A stretch of DNA of 62,936 nt, filler included, from Octopus bimaculoides (Eukaryota): NCBI RefSeq assembly GCF_001194135.2. It is 8 parts of 8 records of this genome, joined end to end, with 100 filler letters (N's around TTAATTAATTAA, not from the genome) between each part and the next. Parts side by side here need not be neighbours in the genome. Positions count along the whole stretch, not along the records: positions 1 to 14,351 come from NC_068983.1; 7 more parts are not named here. One strand, written 5' to 3'. Shown piece after piece: positions 1 through 11,817 of this stretch (position 1 is its first letter; each line of letters begins with the position of its first letter). Position numbers and translations under genes: made by a program. Below the pieces are notes generated by a model that searched no databases, was not told where the DNA came from, and saw nothing but the letters and a program-made list of their open reading frames with translations.

Positions 1-327
1 AATACAAAGACCTGGAAATAGAGATAACTCGAATGTGGAATCTAAAAACAGAAACAATTCCTATCATAGTAGGTGCCTTAGGTATAATAAAAAAATATTC
101 AGACAAATACATAACAAAAACACCAGGACTTACAAATATATATAACATACAGAAAATTGCACTACTGGGTACTGCACACATTCTACGCAAAACACTTTCA
201 ATACAGTAAACATAAGAGCACCACAGCAAACCACAGCACATACCCAAGGCGCACAGAGCTGCGCTCGGTAGTGAAGTGAAAGCACGTTATAAAAATAAAA
301 CTACTGAACAATAATAATAATAATAAT
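1..327 (+). mobile_element. R4/Dong-like non-LTR retrotransposon, 3' end (restriction-like endonuclease C-terminus, 3'UTR, (AAT)6 tail)
   Basis: Frame 3-209 reads YKDLEIEITRMWNLKTETIPIIVGALGIIKKYSDKYITKTPGLTNIYNIQKIALLGTAHILRKTLSIQ*, the typical RLE C-terminus. The element ends in (AAT)6 at 310-327. Confidence 0.85.
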
Positions 328-602
328 GGCGATGATAACTTCTGCTTTAATTTGTCTGAAATTACTGCTTTTGTTTTGATGATTTAGTCTGTTTTCCTAA
401 CTTTAGGCTGCTACCTCTTTTCCTTAATCCTTAATTTAATAAGATCTTATTTGTGTTGTTCCATTATACAAAATCAATAGATTGTTTTCAATATCTTCTA
501 CAAACCATTTTGTCTTCGTATATGTGTGTGTGTTCATGCATGTGTGTACATAAATTAATGTTATTATGTTTATTACATATGCCACATGATATCCAGTGTA
601 TG

Positions 603-640
<38 letters not shown>

Positions 641-1219
641 ATACATTGCTATGTATGCCACATTTTCACATCTTTACAGGATGCATCATAATTGTTATTT
701 TCAGTGTACCATTTTTCAACAAAGAGCACAACACGCATTAATATAAATTATTCATTATTTGAAGTTACAATATAAGATCTACGCAATGATAAAGATAAGT
801 TTAAAAAAGTCAACATGTGATATTTAATATCAAGAAAATGCATATAGCAAGTCTACAGAACGTTCTGTTTTGAGGTGTGTGCAAAAGATAGAATTTCTGT
901 GCCCAGCAGTGTGAGGCTATATACAGGATTAGATGTATATATCTGGTCAAAGCAGGAAAATGAATTGAAAAAAAGACATTTTATATCCAACTCATTGAAA
1001 GTACACTTCTAAGAAAAGCTTCCTCAAAGTGATTGGCATGGAACCTTCTTAGGAGCTCATGTACATAGTAACAAAACACATACTAACTCTGCTGGATGAG
1101 ATTAGTTATAGTGAAGACTTTTTCAGCAAAGTGCTTAATAAATAAATGTCATGTAAATTGGGAATTATTTGGATTCACACACATACACACACTCTCTCTC
1201 TTTCTCTGCTGCTTTCACA

Positions 1220-1560
1220 GAGGTGAACAAGTTTTCTTGAGAACTGCATATTGTCAGGAATCCCAATCTTTTCTGTGAAGTTCAAGATCCGGAAATTAGC
1301 CTTCAGCATTTCATCCTATGTCTTGTGTCTCCCTCTTCTGCAAACACCTTCCACATCTTTACACAGTTCTCCTCATCCATTAAGTATCACATGTCCACAA
1401 CATCAGTCTTCTTTCTTCCACACCACATTTGATTCTTTTATGCCTTGTTTTTCTCTCAGCACATTTATACTTTGTCATTCATGCACATTTACATTGAATG
1501 TCTAGTGAAACATGCTCACTTTATTTATTTCCAGTCTCAAATCCTCTATGTCTCATTACC
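1220..1560 (-). mobile_element. Degraded RTE-clade LINE 3' fragment
   Basis: Minus-strand translation gives IKCGVEERRL...GHVI..DEENCVK...WDEMLKA.FRILNFTEK...QYAVLKKT with stops and frameshifts, resembling the RTE ORF C-terminus. Confidence 0.55.
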
Positions 1561-1908
1561 ATCTAGCATTGCTGTTCTATGTCACACAATCTGTAAATTT
1601 CAGTAAATTTTCTCTGTTTTTGTGCAGCTGAAAATTGCTCTGCATTTTACATTTAATGTAATTCGCATTGCTTAAATAAATGGAATCGCATGAAATGATC
1701 GTACTGCAGTAACCTTCAATATCCTTGTTGCTTATTTTGAAGGGACATTGTACAGTGATCAGTGCTCGTGACAGAGGGGTTTTGTCATTTTGTCATTTTG
1801 GATGTTTGAAGAATAAGAAGAATGATGAGTTTAGAGAGTGGATCAAGGGGAGCAACAGGTAGCAAGGGGGACAACTGGCTCCTTAGTAGATTTTTTTTAA
1901 AAAACTAG

Positions 1909-3045
1909 TCAAAGTTGTATATTGAGGTGTGGTCTGTACTTTTGTATGAACAGGTTTTCCTTGTTTAGGCGTTCTTGTACTGAGATCGAATCTTTGCATT
2001 AGTATAACGGGAAGATAGGTGTTTTTTGGATTGCGCATCTATCAATGTGGTCACTCAGTGCTTTCTGCCTGTATTGAGGGAAACGAATCTTCTTTATGCG
2101 GCGTGACTTTGCGTCTCAAAGTAAGGCTCGTTTGGCCCACATAATTGTGACCACAACCTGAGCAGGTTAGAACATAGATAAGGTTCTGGGAAGCACATGT
2201 GAAGTTGGTCTAAATTGAGAATTTTTGTCCTTGCTGGAATGTGAATTCCGAGCCTTCAGTTAAGTATGGGCATGTACCACAATTAGGTCACCTGCATTTT
2301 TTAACTGTTGATATCGTTTGTATTGAGTATAGTTTTGCATTTGTTAGGAGTCTCTTGAGTGATTTGTCTTGTCTTTTGCATTTTAGTAGTTTGTGTGTAC
2401 TTAGGATGCTGATCATTTTCGGGTCTTGCGTGAGCAGAGGGAGATTTTGTATAATTGTGCTGTATGCTTCATTGTTTCTGGGGTTGTGGGTTGATATGTA
2501 TGGGAGTGATTTAGGGTAAGGTGTGGCGCTATGTTTTGTGTCCAATTTCTTAGCATGTTTAATTCCATGTTCTATAAGTGTAGGTGGGTATTGACGTTCA
2601 GTGAGTGTTATTTTGAGTTCTTGTAGGTGAAGTTCCCAAGTGGTTGTGTCAGATACAATTGTACAGATCCTTTTTGCTAGATTGAATGGGATATTTATTT
2701 TGGTGTGTTTAAGATGGCATGAACTGAAAAGGAGTTACTGTTTTGAGTCTGTTGGTTTGTAGTAAATGTCGGTTGCAATTTGGTTGTTGGACTTTTTTAA
2801 AATCAAAATGTCCAGAAATTGGAGCTGTTCCTTGCTATATTCCATTGTAAATTGGATGTTGGAGTTAATATTGTTCAATGTGGACTTGAAATCCAGGAGT
2901 TTATCATAGGTTTCATTCCAGATGATAAAACAATTGTCTAGGTACCTTTTCCAGTTTTCTCTTATATACTGGTGGAATAGGGTTCCAAATTTTTGGAGCG
3001 AAAGTTCTATATATGTATATATATTCATAGAGATATGGTTTTATA
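1909..3045 (-). mobile_element. Penelope-like element, 5'-truncated: RT (YLDD-type motif), thumb, GIY-YIG endonuclease; pseudogenised
   Basis: RYLDNCFIIW...NIQFTME...LQFLDI...TDIYYKPTDSKQ*LLFSSCHLKHTKINIPFNLAKRICTIVSD, then LPYISTHNP, KKCR*PNCGTCP and NLIYVLTCSGCGHNYVGQT. Several stops and a frameshift. Confidence 0.9.
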
Positions 3046-3059
3046 GGTTTATCACTCAT

Positions 3060-3420
3060 ATATATTTTACACATATTTTTTTCTGTATTCTACCTTCCAC
3101 CCTGCATTTTTCCTGTGAATATATAGACATGTACATGGAACCTTTTCTGTGCACTTGTGGATGTGTGCATGTATGCGGGTACATGCGTATATAGACGTGT
3201 GTGTGCATGCATTCGAGAATGTGCATATGTAGACGTGTTTTATCCTTATTGCTTTTTTACACTTTTTTCTGCATTTTGCCTTTAGCCCTGCTTTTTCTTG
3301 TGCATGTGCATATATAGACGTGTGTATGAACCTTTTTTGCAAGCGCATGTATGTGTGCGAGCGTGTATGCGGGTATGTATATATTTTTAGGCGAAGGTGT
3401 GGGAGTGCATGTGTGTGTTT
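3060..3420. repeat. Diverged ~190-bp tandem duplication at the truncation point of the PLE
   Basis: Two similar units share TTTTACAC..TTTTTCTG.ATT, ATATAGAC.TGT, GAACCTTTT and GTATGCGGGTA. Confidence 0.5.
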
Positions 3421-3434
3421 CCAGTGAGGGTGGA

Positions 3435-3468
<34 letters not shown>

Positions 3469-4423
3469 CGCATGTACCTGGTTGTGCAGGCACGCACGTG
3501 TATGTATGGACTGGTGCACTTACGCGAATACTATGGACATTTTTACTCTCTTACCTTTACTCCCTCCCCTCACTTAGCGGTCGTTCTAATTACTCTTTTG
3601 TCTTAATAACGGTCAACCACACAGTAATTTCCCTTTGTTTAACGGTCATTTTCATAGCATTTTTTCGATGGCCAAATAACTGAAGAGATGGCAGCGTGGG
3701 TTTTCGCCCCGACATCCGGAACTCAGTGTTTTATCATGACAGCCGAATAATTGTCACATATTATTTACAAATAAATTCCTTTATTTACATAATATTGAGG
3801 TCTCTTTCTTTCTTTTGTTGTCTTGCCTTTTCTATCAATATATATATATATATATATANNNNNNNNNNNNNNNNNNNNNNNNNNNNNNNNNNNNNNNNNN
3901 NNNNNNNNNNNNNNNNNNNNNNNNNNNNNNNNNNNNNNNNNNNNNNNNNNNNNNNNNNNNNNNNNNNNNNNNNNNNNNNNNNNNNNNNNNNNNNNNNNNN
4001 NNNNNNNNNNNNNNNNNNNNNNNNNNNNNNNNNNNNNNNNNNNNNNNNNNNNNNNNNNNNNNNNNNNNNNNNNNNNNNNNNNNNNNNNNNNNNNNNNNNN
4101 NNNNNNNNNNNNNNNNNNNNNNNNNNNNNNNNNNNNNNNNNNNNNNNNNNNNNNNNNNNNNNNNNNNNNNNNNNNNNNNNNNNNNNNNNNNNNNNNNNNN
4201 NNNNNNNNNNNNNNNNNNNNNNNNNNNNNNNNNNNNNNNNNNNNNNNNNNNNNNNNNNNNNNNNNNNNNNNNNNNNNNNNNNNNNNNNNNNNNNNNNNNN
4301 NNNNNNNNNNNNNNNNNNNNNNNNNNNNNNNNNNNNNNNNNNNNNNNNNNNNNNNGTAAATAAAATGAGATAACAAAACCAAGGCATTGGGAAATTTCTA
4401 GGACATTTATAAAGAGAAAGGTA

Positions 4424-4470
4424 GTCTTACAACTGTTTCAGCGATATGAGGCTATCCCGTCATCAGAGAC
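4424..4470 (-). ncRNA. Minimal type-I hammerhead ribozyme-like motif (PLE 3' repeat)
   Basis: Minus strand: GTCT CTGATGA C GGGATA gcctca TATCGC T GAAAC agtt GTA AGAC. Helix I is GTCT/AGAC, the cleavage triplet is GUA, and helix II has one mismatch. Confidence 0.6.
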
Positions 4471-4730
4471 GATATGGAGAGAGTTAAATAGAGGGAGATA
4501 GTAGACTAATATAAGAAGTTTTTTGGGGAAGGGAAGTATAAAAATAAATAAGAGAATAAAAACGTATGCTAAATGTTACAGTTGCAGTTCTATTATCCAA
4601 GGAAAGTGCTCTGTAGAATGGGTAGAATTGTCCTTCCATAGTACCTACTGTCTTTCTGTAATACTTACAGAGCCTTACCTCCAATTTGGGCTTTCTGGAT
4701 ACCAAAACTTTTCATATATATATATAAATA

Positions 4731-4785
<55 letters not shown>

Positions 4786-5124
4786 GCACACACACAACTG
4801 CATTATGACTTCTGTTTGTATTTTCGTATGTGCTCATAATTGTGCAGTTTCACAGATTTTGACCCCCAAACTTGGTCCATAGGGTTGTAAATCCATGGAA
4901 TTGTGAATTTATAAGTTTGTGTATATTTTTCTAGGAATCATGTGATGTCATGAATGTGTACAAAGCACAATATATCTGTGTAATGAGAGAACTCAGTATA
5001 AGCTTACGAGAGTGTGTGTCTTTCATACATAATGTTAATAAAATGCATATAATCAGTGTCCAGAGAAGAACTTACTCAGGTTGGTGGGATGGCAAAGTGG
5101 GGGCAGAATTCATGCTTGAAATTT

Positions 5125-5385
5125 CTAAGTATGAATTATTGCTTGGGCATGCTAGGCAAAAAGGTTTCCTCCCTAATGTTTAAAACGTTCATTTTTGATG
5201 TTATGTGATTTAGTTATGCAGTGATGTAGAGCTTGCATTTGCTGCCATGTCCCCTGTATTTACTAGCCTTAGCTATAATGCTCCAGTTTATATGGAGGTT
5301 GCTCATGCCTCTCTCTTTAAGTGTTCATACCATATTGGATGAAGATGCTGTTTTTATCTTGGAACAATCTGCATATATATATGTG
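5125..5385 (-). mobile_element. Penelope-like GIY-YIG endonuclease C-terminal remnant (second PLE lineage)
   Basis: SNMV*TLKERGMSNLHINWSIIAKASKYRGHGSKCKL...NVLNIREETF. Same motif pattern as the remnant at 26430-27130. Confidence 0.6.
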
Positions 5386-6144
5386 TGTGTGTGTAAATTT
5401 ATAGATCCTCCTTTATGTATTTTGTATGAATGCATGTATGTTGCATACTCATAAATTGAAATACATAAAAGTAGTGAGTGTATGAATAAATATATATATA
5501 GAGAGAAAGTCTTTTATTTATAAAATCTGATGGTTGTGTATATATTGCTAAACAGAAACATGAACATAAATCAATAGTCTCACACACACACACACACCTA
5601 CAAATTCAAGACTATTGTCAGATAATGAAAAACTGCTTGATATTTTCAAAACTCATGTTTGGACTTACTTTTCGATGTACATGCATGCATTGCCCCCATA
5701 CACACACACATATATACACATACAAACACACTAGCATATACACACAGATGCGCCTACTCACTGATATGCCTACACACACAATTACACTTGTACAATCATG
5801 CAGAGATGCACCTACACTCTCACCAGCTGTACATATGCATGCATACATTTTGCAGAAGATATTCTAAACTTTAACTAAAGAATAACGTCACCTTGTTAAA
5901 GACCAGATCTTACTTTGTTTCAAAAGGAACACTTAAATAAGATATAGTGAGATAACAAGATGAATGAAAATTTATTGGTCTGCAGCCTGAAGCAAAGTAT
6001 ATACAGTCTTGAATTCTTGTTCTTTTTGTTGTTGAAGAAGACGATAATGATTATTGTTATTGCTGTTGTTGTTGTTGTTGTTGCTGTACAAGTAGATCCA
6101 TCACATTAATGTATCTCCTTTCGTTTTCTTTTTAACATCTTCAG

Positions 6145-6153
6145 CTACCATTT
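6145..6153 (+). CDS. PKC: Candidate 9-nt microexon (Leu-Pro-Phe) in the PKC intron
   Basis: ...ctcctttcgttttctttttaacatcttcag|CTACCATTT|gtaagt: long polypyrimidine tract, CAG acceptor, consensus donor, frame-preserving length. Confidence 0.5.
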
Positions 6154-6210
6154 GTAAGTGAGCTACTTATCATTATTATCATTACTACTACTACAGTTAT
6201 TACTATTATT

Positions 6211-6254
<44 letters not shown>

Positions 6255-6720
6255 TATTATTATTTTAGTGTGATGATATGTGCAAACAATTGGCTCTTCA
6301 TTCAGCTCCCACATTATTTTATTAGACCTAAGAACTTATTATCATTGTTGTTCTGTGCTTGGTCATGAAATATTTTCTCCTCTTCCGAATATTAACCCCC
6401 CTTCCTCCTTTAGTTACTCCAATTCTGAACACTAAACAACAATATATGCACTTTATCTACACTTTTTCCTCCCTTTTATTTTCATTAAAATTAATTACCT
6501 TATATGTATTTATTTCTTTGCAAGAAAATGTCTTATAAGCACCAGAAAATTACATTTGGTTGACTTTTTTTCTTATATATTTCTTTAATTATTATTATGA
6601 TTATTATCTTTATTATTGTTCTCATTATTGTTTTTTTGTGTGTGTGTTTCCTTATAGCAATACTATGGATTCTTTTGCATTTGTGCAGCCAATGAGTTTG
6701 TCTCTTTTTTACTTACTATG

Positions 6721-6759
<39 letters not shown>

Positions 6760-8869
6760 TATTCAGTTCTATAATATTTGTCAACTTCATATGATTGCTC
6801 TTTCCTAGGTCATCTCTTGTTTCATTCACTTGTGGCTTCTCCTTTCGTGCTACTGCACCTCTACATGTAATTTCTGTTTCCAAATGTCTGTTGAAACTTT
6901 CAAATAGCTGTAACTTTTATTCTACCAAAACAAACAGTTTTCACCAGCCCATCAGTGGTCACTTTTGAATATTACTCATATTTGAAGGTCAAATTTAATT
7001 TGAAATAATTAATTGATTTTAATTATTATTATAATTATCATTATTATTATTATTAATTATCCCTTTCATTTTGCTGCTCAATAACTTGGTGATAATTCAA
7101 ATGATAAACTTTTTCCAGTAATGTTTAACTCTTCAGATTACAATCTCCAAATACTTGTATAAATATATTAAAATTATCGCTTTTTTAAAAAATTTCTTTT
7201 GCTATTTTATATAATGTGCAAATTTAAATATTAATTTAAATATTAATTGATTTTTTTTCTAAATTTGTTTGGATTTCATTGATGGATGTGAAATACTTCT
7301 TGTAACAAATTATCTTACTACTGTAATTGCTTTCTTGAAATATTGACCTCTAAAAGGGAACACACATTCTGCTCAATAAACTGTATTCAACTAATCACGT
7401 AGCTATGTGATTGCTTATATCCTCTAACTAAAATCTGGGTATTGGATCTCTTCTTACAAAATCTTTTTCCCAAAGACCCAATCCTCTATGTTGATCTTAT
7501 ATATCATATTTTATTGTCAGAGTGATTGGTTCTCATAATATTTTTTTATTTTATTTCACTGGCTTCCCCTAACAGAAATTCAGATATTATTTCAGGTTTA
7601 ATATTTAAGGAATTAAATTGCTTTTTCTGATGCCTTATTCATTTCATTATTTTTTTTTATTGCATTTTGGCAAATAATTCTACACTGCTCTGTTGTACTG
7701 AATTTCATAAATCTTTTAAAACTTTAAAAAAATTTTCTGAGTTTAGAAATTTTCACAGAAACACAATTCTCTTTTTGAAAGTATATATCAGTTTACTGCT
7801 CTAGGCTCATGAGCATGGTTCATAATTGTTACAACAATATGCTCCTTCTACCTCACTCTTACATGCTGTTTTTTATAAATCAAGGAGCCACTCAATAAGT
7901 TGTTTGTTTCTTGTTGATTTGCCAAAAAAATATAATTGTTTAATATTTTTTTTCGTTGTCCTGCTATCCATTTCAAAATTAGCTTGGTAGATTGGCTGGT
8001 TTTTGCCAACTTAATTTTTTTTCTATCAAAACAAAATTCTTTTTACAATAAATGCATTTGCTAATAATTTATCTGTGAAATAGTAGTGGGGAAACTGATG
8101 TCAGTCAAACAAACACAGATTAGCAAAATAATGTGCTTTGCTTGAAAACAAAGCACATTGGTTGTAACAAAGTTTAAACTCAAGATTTAGCAGTTATTAA
8201 TAATTCAATACTTCACTGCAGCTGTGTTTCATATAAGTTTATGAATATGAACAGTTTAATATGATCTGCTAACTATAATATTCTCTTTTTAAAAACATCA
8301 GTTGTTAATGGGTTTCCTGTATCCTTGTTAAGGAAATGTCCCATCTACACTATTCAGTACATTAATAACCTCAAATTTATGTCATCATTTAGATGGGCTT
8401 GTCTTTTTAATGATGCCAGCAATTGAAATATTTGTTTACTCTCTCTTTAACATAACATACATAGGTGAACTTTTTCCAGGCATTATTCACTGAAATATGC
8501 TAATTTTATATGCCAGTACCTTTATAATATTTACCATCTATTTAGTGACTTTCTTATCATTAGTTCAGCAAGTACAGTGGTGTCTGTTCCTTGCTGAGAA
8601 AATCTAATAAAACTGAAACATATCCAGAATTGACTTGCTGGGATAATTAAAACAACCTTAGTCATTGACTAATATTGTTTTTTTTTTTTTATACCCTATT
8701 TCTGACTAGCTTTTTAATGTTTACTTCATTAAACATGGTAACATTAACTTGGCTATTGTGGGTTTTTGGGCTTCTTTTTTTTAATGTGGAGGGCTCTCCT
8801 GAGTAATTTCTCTCAGTAGTTTTTTTTTCTCTACAAACAGAAAATATGTTAAAAGCAATGCCTTTCATT

Positions 8870-9215
8870 GATGCCCGTGCTAAAATTTAAGGTCAATAAC
8901 AGCTTGCAAGACTCTCACCTACAAAGCCAAGTAGTCTGGAAACAGGCAAGTGCAAGGATCTCTGGCTTTGCAATGAGGTGGGTGTTATTTCAGAATGTCC
9001 TTCTCCTAGAAAGATGTCTAAACAAAGACTAGGGATATCTCATTCCTAGCTGTTTGATGGCTGTTGACTCTGTTGAGATCATCCCTCCTGTCCAACAAAA
9101 ACCATCTTCCTTACCAAGCAGACTCAGTAGGGTTACCAGTTTATTTACTGATGGCCTGATCATGCCACAGGTTGTATTGGGTTACATGTTACCAGTAGCA
9201 CTGAAAGTGACCCAA
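8870..9215 (-). mobile_element. Probable RTE-clade LINE 5' region fragment
   Basis: Minus strand contains CTAGGAGAAGGACATTCTGAAAT, resembling RTE 5'UTR motifs as recalled. No ORF support. Confidence 0.3.
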
Positions 9216-9218
9216 CAT

Positions 9219-9268
<50 letters not shown>

Positions 9269-10170
9269 CATATANNNNNNNNNNNNNNNNNNNNNNNNNN
9301 NNNNNNNNNNNNNNNNNNNNNNNNNNNNNNNNNNNNNNNNNNNNNNNNNNNNNNNNNNNNNNNNNNNNNNNNNNNNNNNNNNNNNNNNNNNNNNNNNNNN
9401 NNNNNNNNNNNNNNNNNNNNNNNNNNNNNNNNNNNNNNNNNNNNNNNNNNNNNNNNNNNNNNNNNNNNNNNNNNNNNNNNNNNNNNNNNNNNNNNNNNNN
9501 NNNNNNNNNNNNNNNNNNNNNNNNNNNNNNNACACACACTGAGACATCTGTTTTTTAAGTCTCCAGAAAATTATGTTCTAATTCTTGCATTAAAAAAAAA
9601 CATTTTTTTTTTACATGATTCTGCTGGTCTCCTCTCAGAAATGTTATCCTTCACCTTGTCATTCTGGCAGGAGACATGAAATTAACACAATTGTATGTCT
9701 TAATTATAGTCCACAATCAATAAAAAAAAAGACTTAATTTATTAAGGTTCATTTTAACTAGATGAGAAATGTTTGCTTCATTTTTGATCTCTAACAACTA
9801 CAACACTCGAGAAAATAAAAACCAATTCCTAGGTTTCCTTTCTTGTAAGCTGATTGCTTATTTATTGTTTCTTGTAGCCCTTGAGCCAAGCACACTTCTC
9901 GGTAAAAATCTTCAGCCATTTTCAAATGTTAACACATCATCAATATTAATGGCTACTTAAGACCACCATATTTGACCTTTGCTAAAATATCTTTAACTTC
10001 TGGATATTACCATTTATTAATCATTCAATTCTTAAGTTTCCTAGATTTGCTGGTTGGTCTGTTTGTTATTTGTTATAAATGCTTATAACTACCATTATAA
10101 CATATCTGCTAGGTCATTACACTTGTGAATGATAAATTCTTTTTTTTTTTCTTATCCATCTTTTCTACAG

Positions 10171-10278
10171 CCTCCATTTGATGGAGAAGATGAAGAAGAA
10201 CTGTTCACCTCCATCACAGACCACAATGTTTCTTACCCCAAGTCTATGTCTCGAGAAGCTGTGTCAATTTGTAAAGGA
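10171..10278 (+). CDS. PKC: Conventional protein kinase C, kinase-domain exon
   Basis: ttttctacag|[36 protein letters not shown]|gtaagc, 108 nt, phase 0/0. Near-identical to PKC-alpha/beta [36 protein letters not shown]. Confidence 0.96.
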
Positions 10279-11118
10279 GTAAGCATTTTGAACAGTATAA
10301 TTTTTTTTACTCAACATATGTCTTTATTCATCATTATCATCATCTTCCCCATCAGCATTGTCCAACCTATGCTTTTCCTTATTGTCATCATCACCATCAT
10401 TATTGTCATCAATAAAAATCAGTAACATCATAAGCATTGTCATAATCACCTGGGGCAGTCTCTAAGTGGCTGCTAGACCTGCTAGAAATATCATTGAAAT
10501 TTCCCTCAAATAACATCCTACTATCTTAAAAAAGTAAAGGATAGCTTCATTTATGTCATCCAACATACCTTCTAAAAACACAGGCTGGTTGCAGCTAGAA
10601 TATCTTCTATCATAAGTTTGCTCAATCAGGGTTGACTGAGGCTAAACAGTAATGCCATCACACCACCACCATCATCATCATCATCATCATCATTGCAATT
10701 GCTACCATAACTATCAATATCATCATCAGTCAGCATCATTAAGGCTTTGTCAACCTTGATTTTCCTTAAGCTTTCATTATTCTACAAAATGCTAATGTAC
10801 CATTATCATCATCATTGTCATTATCATCGTCACCACCGTCATCGTCATCATCATCATCAACTTGTGTTTAAAGCCTGCTCAGATTAACTTTGCCTTTCAC
10901 TCTCCCAAGACATGATAAAACAAGTAATGAGGGATGAGTTGATGTAATCAATGCCTCTTTATGACTTCAATCCACTGATTGAAACAAATAATAGAGTAAA
11001 AGAATACAAACTTCTAAATTCATTTCCATTTTTTAAAATAAATAAATGGCCGAAGTACAAATAAATTTCCCAGTTTTACCAAATATATTTATTATTTCCT
11101 TGTCACTTCATTTTCAAG

Positions 11119-11259
11119 TTACTTACCAAAAACCCCTCCAAGCGTCTTGGCTGCACTAACAACGGTGAACGAGATATCAAAGATCATGCTTTCTTCAGAC
11201 GCATCGATTGGGCAAAGGTGGAAAGTCGAGATGTACAGCCACCATATAAACCGAAAATA
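11119..11259 (+). CDS. PKC: Conventional protein kinase C exon (end of kinase domain, start of AGC C-tail)
   Basis: ttttcaag|[47 protein letters not shown]|gtgagt, 141 nt, phase 0/0. Confidence 0.96.
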
Positions 11260-11640
11260 GTGAGTATATATATCTACACATACATCCATACATTCACCTC
11301 TGACTTCACCTTTTATTAATGGTTCTTGCTTGCTTTCTTCCCTTCTTTATCTGCTGTTTCTTTGAATTTCTGATCATCACATATTCTTGGTTATGCAAGT
11401 TACTGGGTGGCATCAAACATGACCTGACATAAAACGTTATCTTTTATAGTTATCCATTCAATGATGAAATAGGAAACGGTTACATAATGTTTTGCCATGA
11501 AGGCAACTCCTTCTGTTGATATTGCCATCATGTTGTAATTGTTTCAACCACTATCTCCTTTCACAGAGACCAGAGAAATCTACTTACTTATAGGTTAATA
11601 CCTAATTAAGAAATCTTCATTTGTTATAATTAATGAGTAG

Positions 11641-11817
11641 AATGTTTTTAACAGATTCTGTGTGATGATTCACGTTTCGCCGCCCCCTAACTTGGAGATA
11701 ATTCACCACCTGCCTGACTTACCCTATATAGACTACATGGCGATGAAGTTTTCTCTGCAGCCCCAACAATCCACTGGCTTATGCAACTCACCAACATTGT
11801 TTGTTTTTCTCACTTAG
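11641..11817 (+). CDS. Candidate divergent PKC terminal (V5-like) exon
   Basis: After an AG (weak acceptor), phase 0 reads NVFNRFCVMIHVSPPPNLEIIHHLPDLPYIDYMAMKFSLQPQQSTGLCNSPTLFVFLT*. Partly alignable to PKC-betaII NFDRFFTRHPPVLTPPDQEVIRNI. Locally GC/CpG-enriched and followed by UTR-like AT-rich sequence. Confidence 0.35.
   Translation, partial: NVFNRFCVMIHVSPPPNLEIIHHLPDLPYIDYMAMKFSLQPQQSTGLCNSPTLFVFLT

Noticed and set aside
1695-1725. Palindromic TTACTGCAGTA preceded by TTGAAGG (-), 3' of the PLE ORF
   Set aside because: The core and GAAA are too degraded to call a ribozyme.
3680-3730. CTGAAGA GATG...CATC CG GAAAC hammerhead-like motif (+), inverted relative to the PLE
   Set aside because: Two extra bases before GAAA and no NUH triplet with matching helices I and III. 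At most a decayed terminal repeat.
3696-4387. Long ORFs in the track that span N-runs (also ~9.2, 18.7-20.7, 25.3, 35.5, 54.1 and 56.6 kb)
   Set aside because: Open only because N codons are not stops. The exception is the PLE ORF 56456-58132, whose flanks are real.
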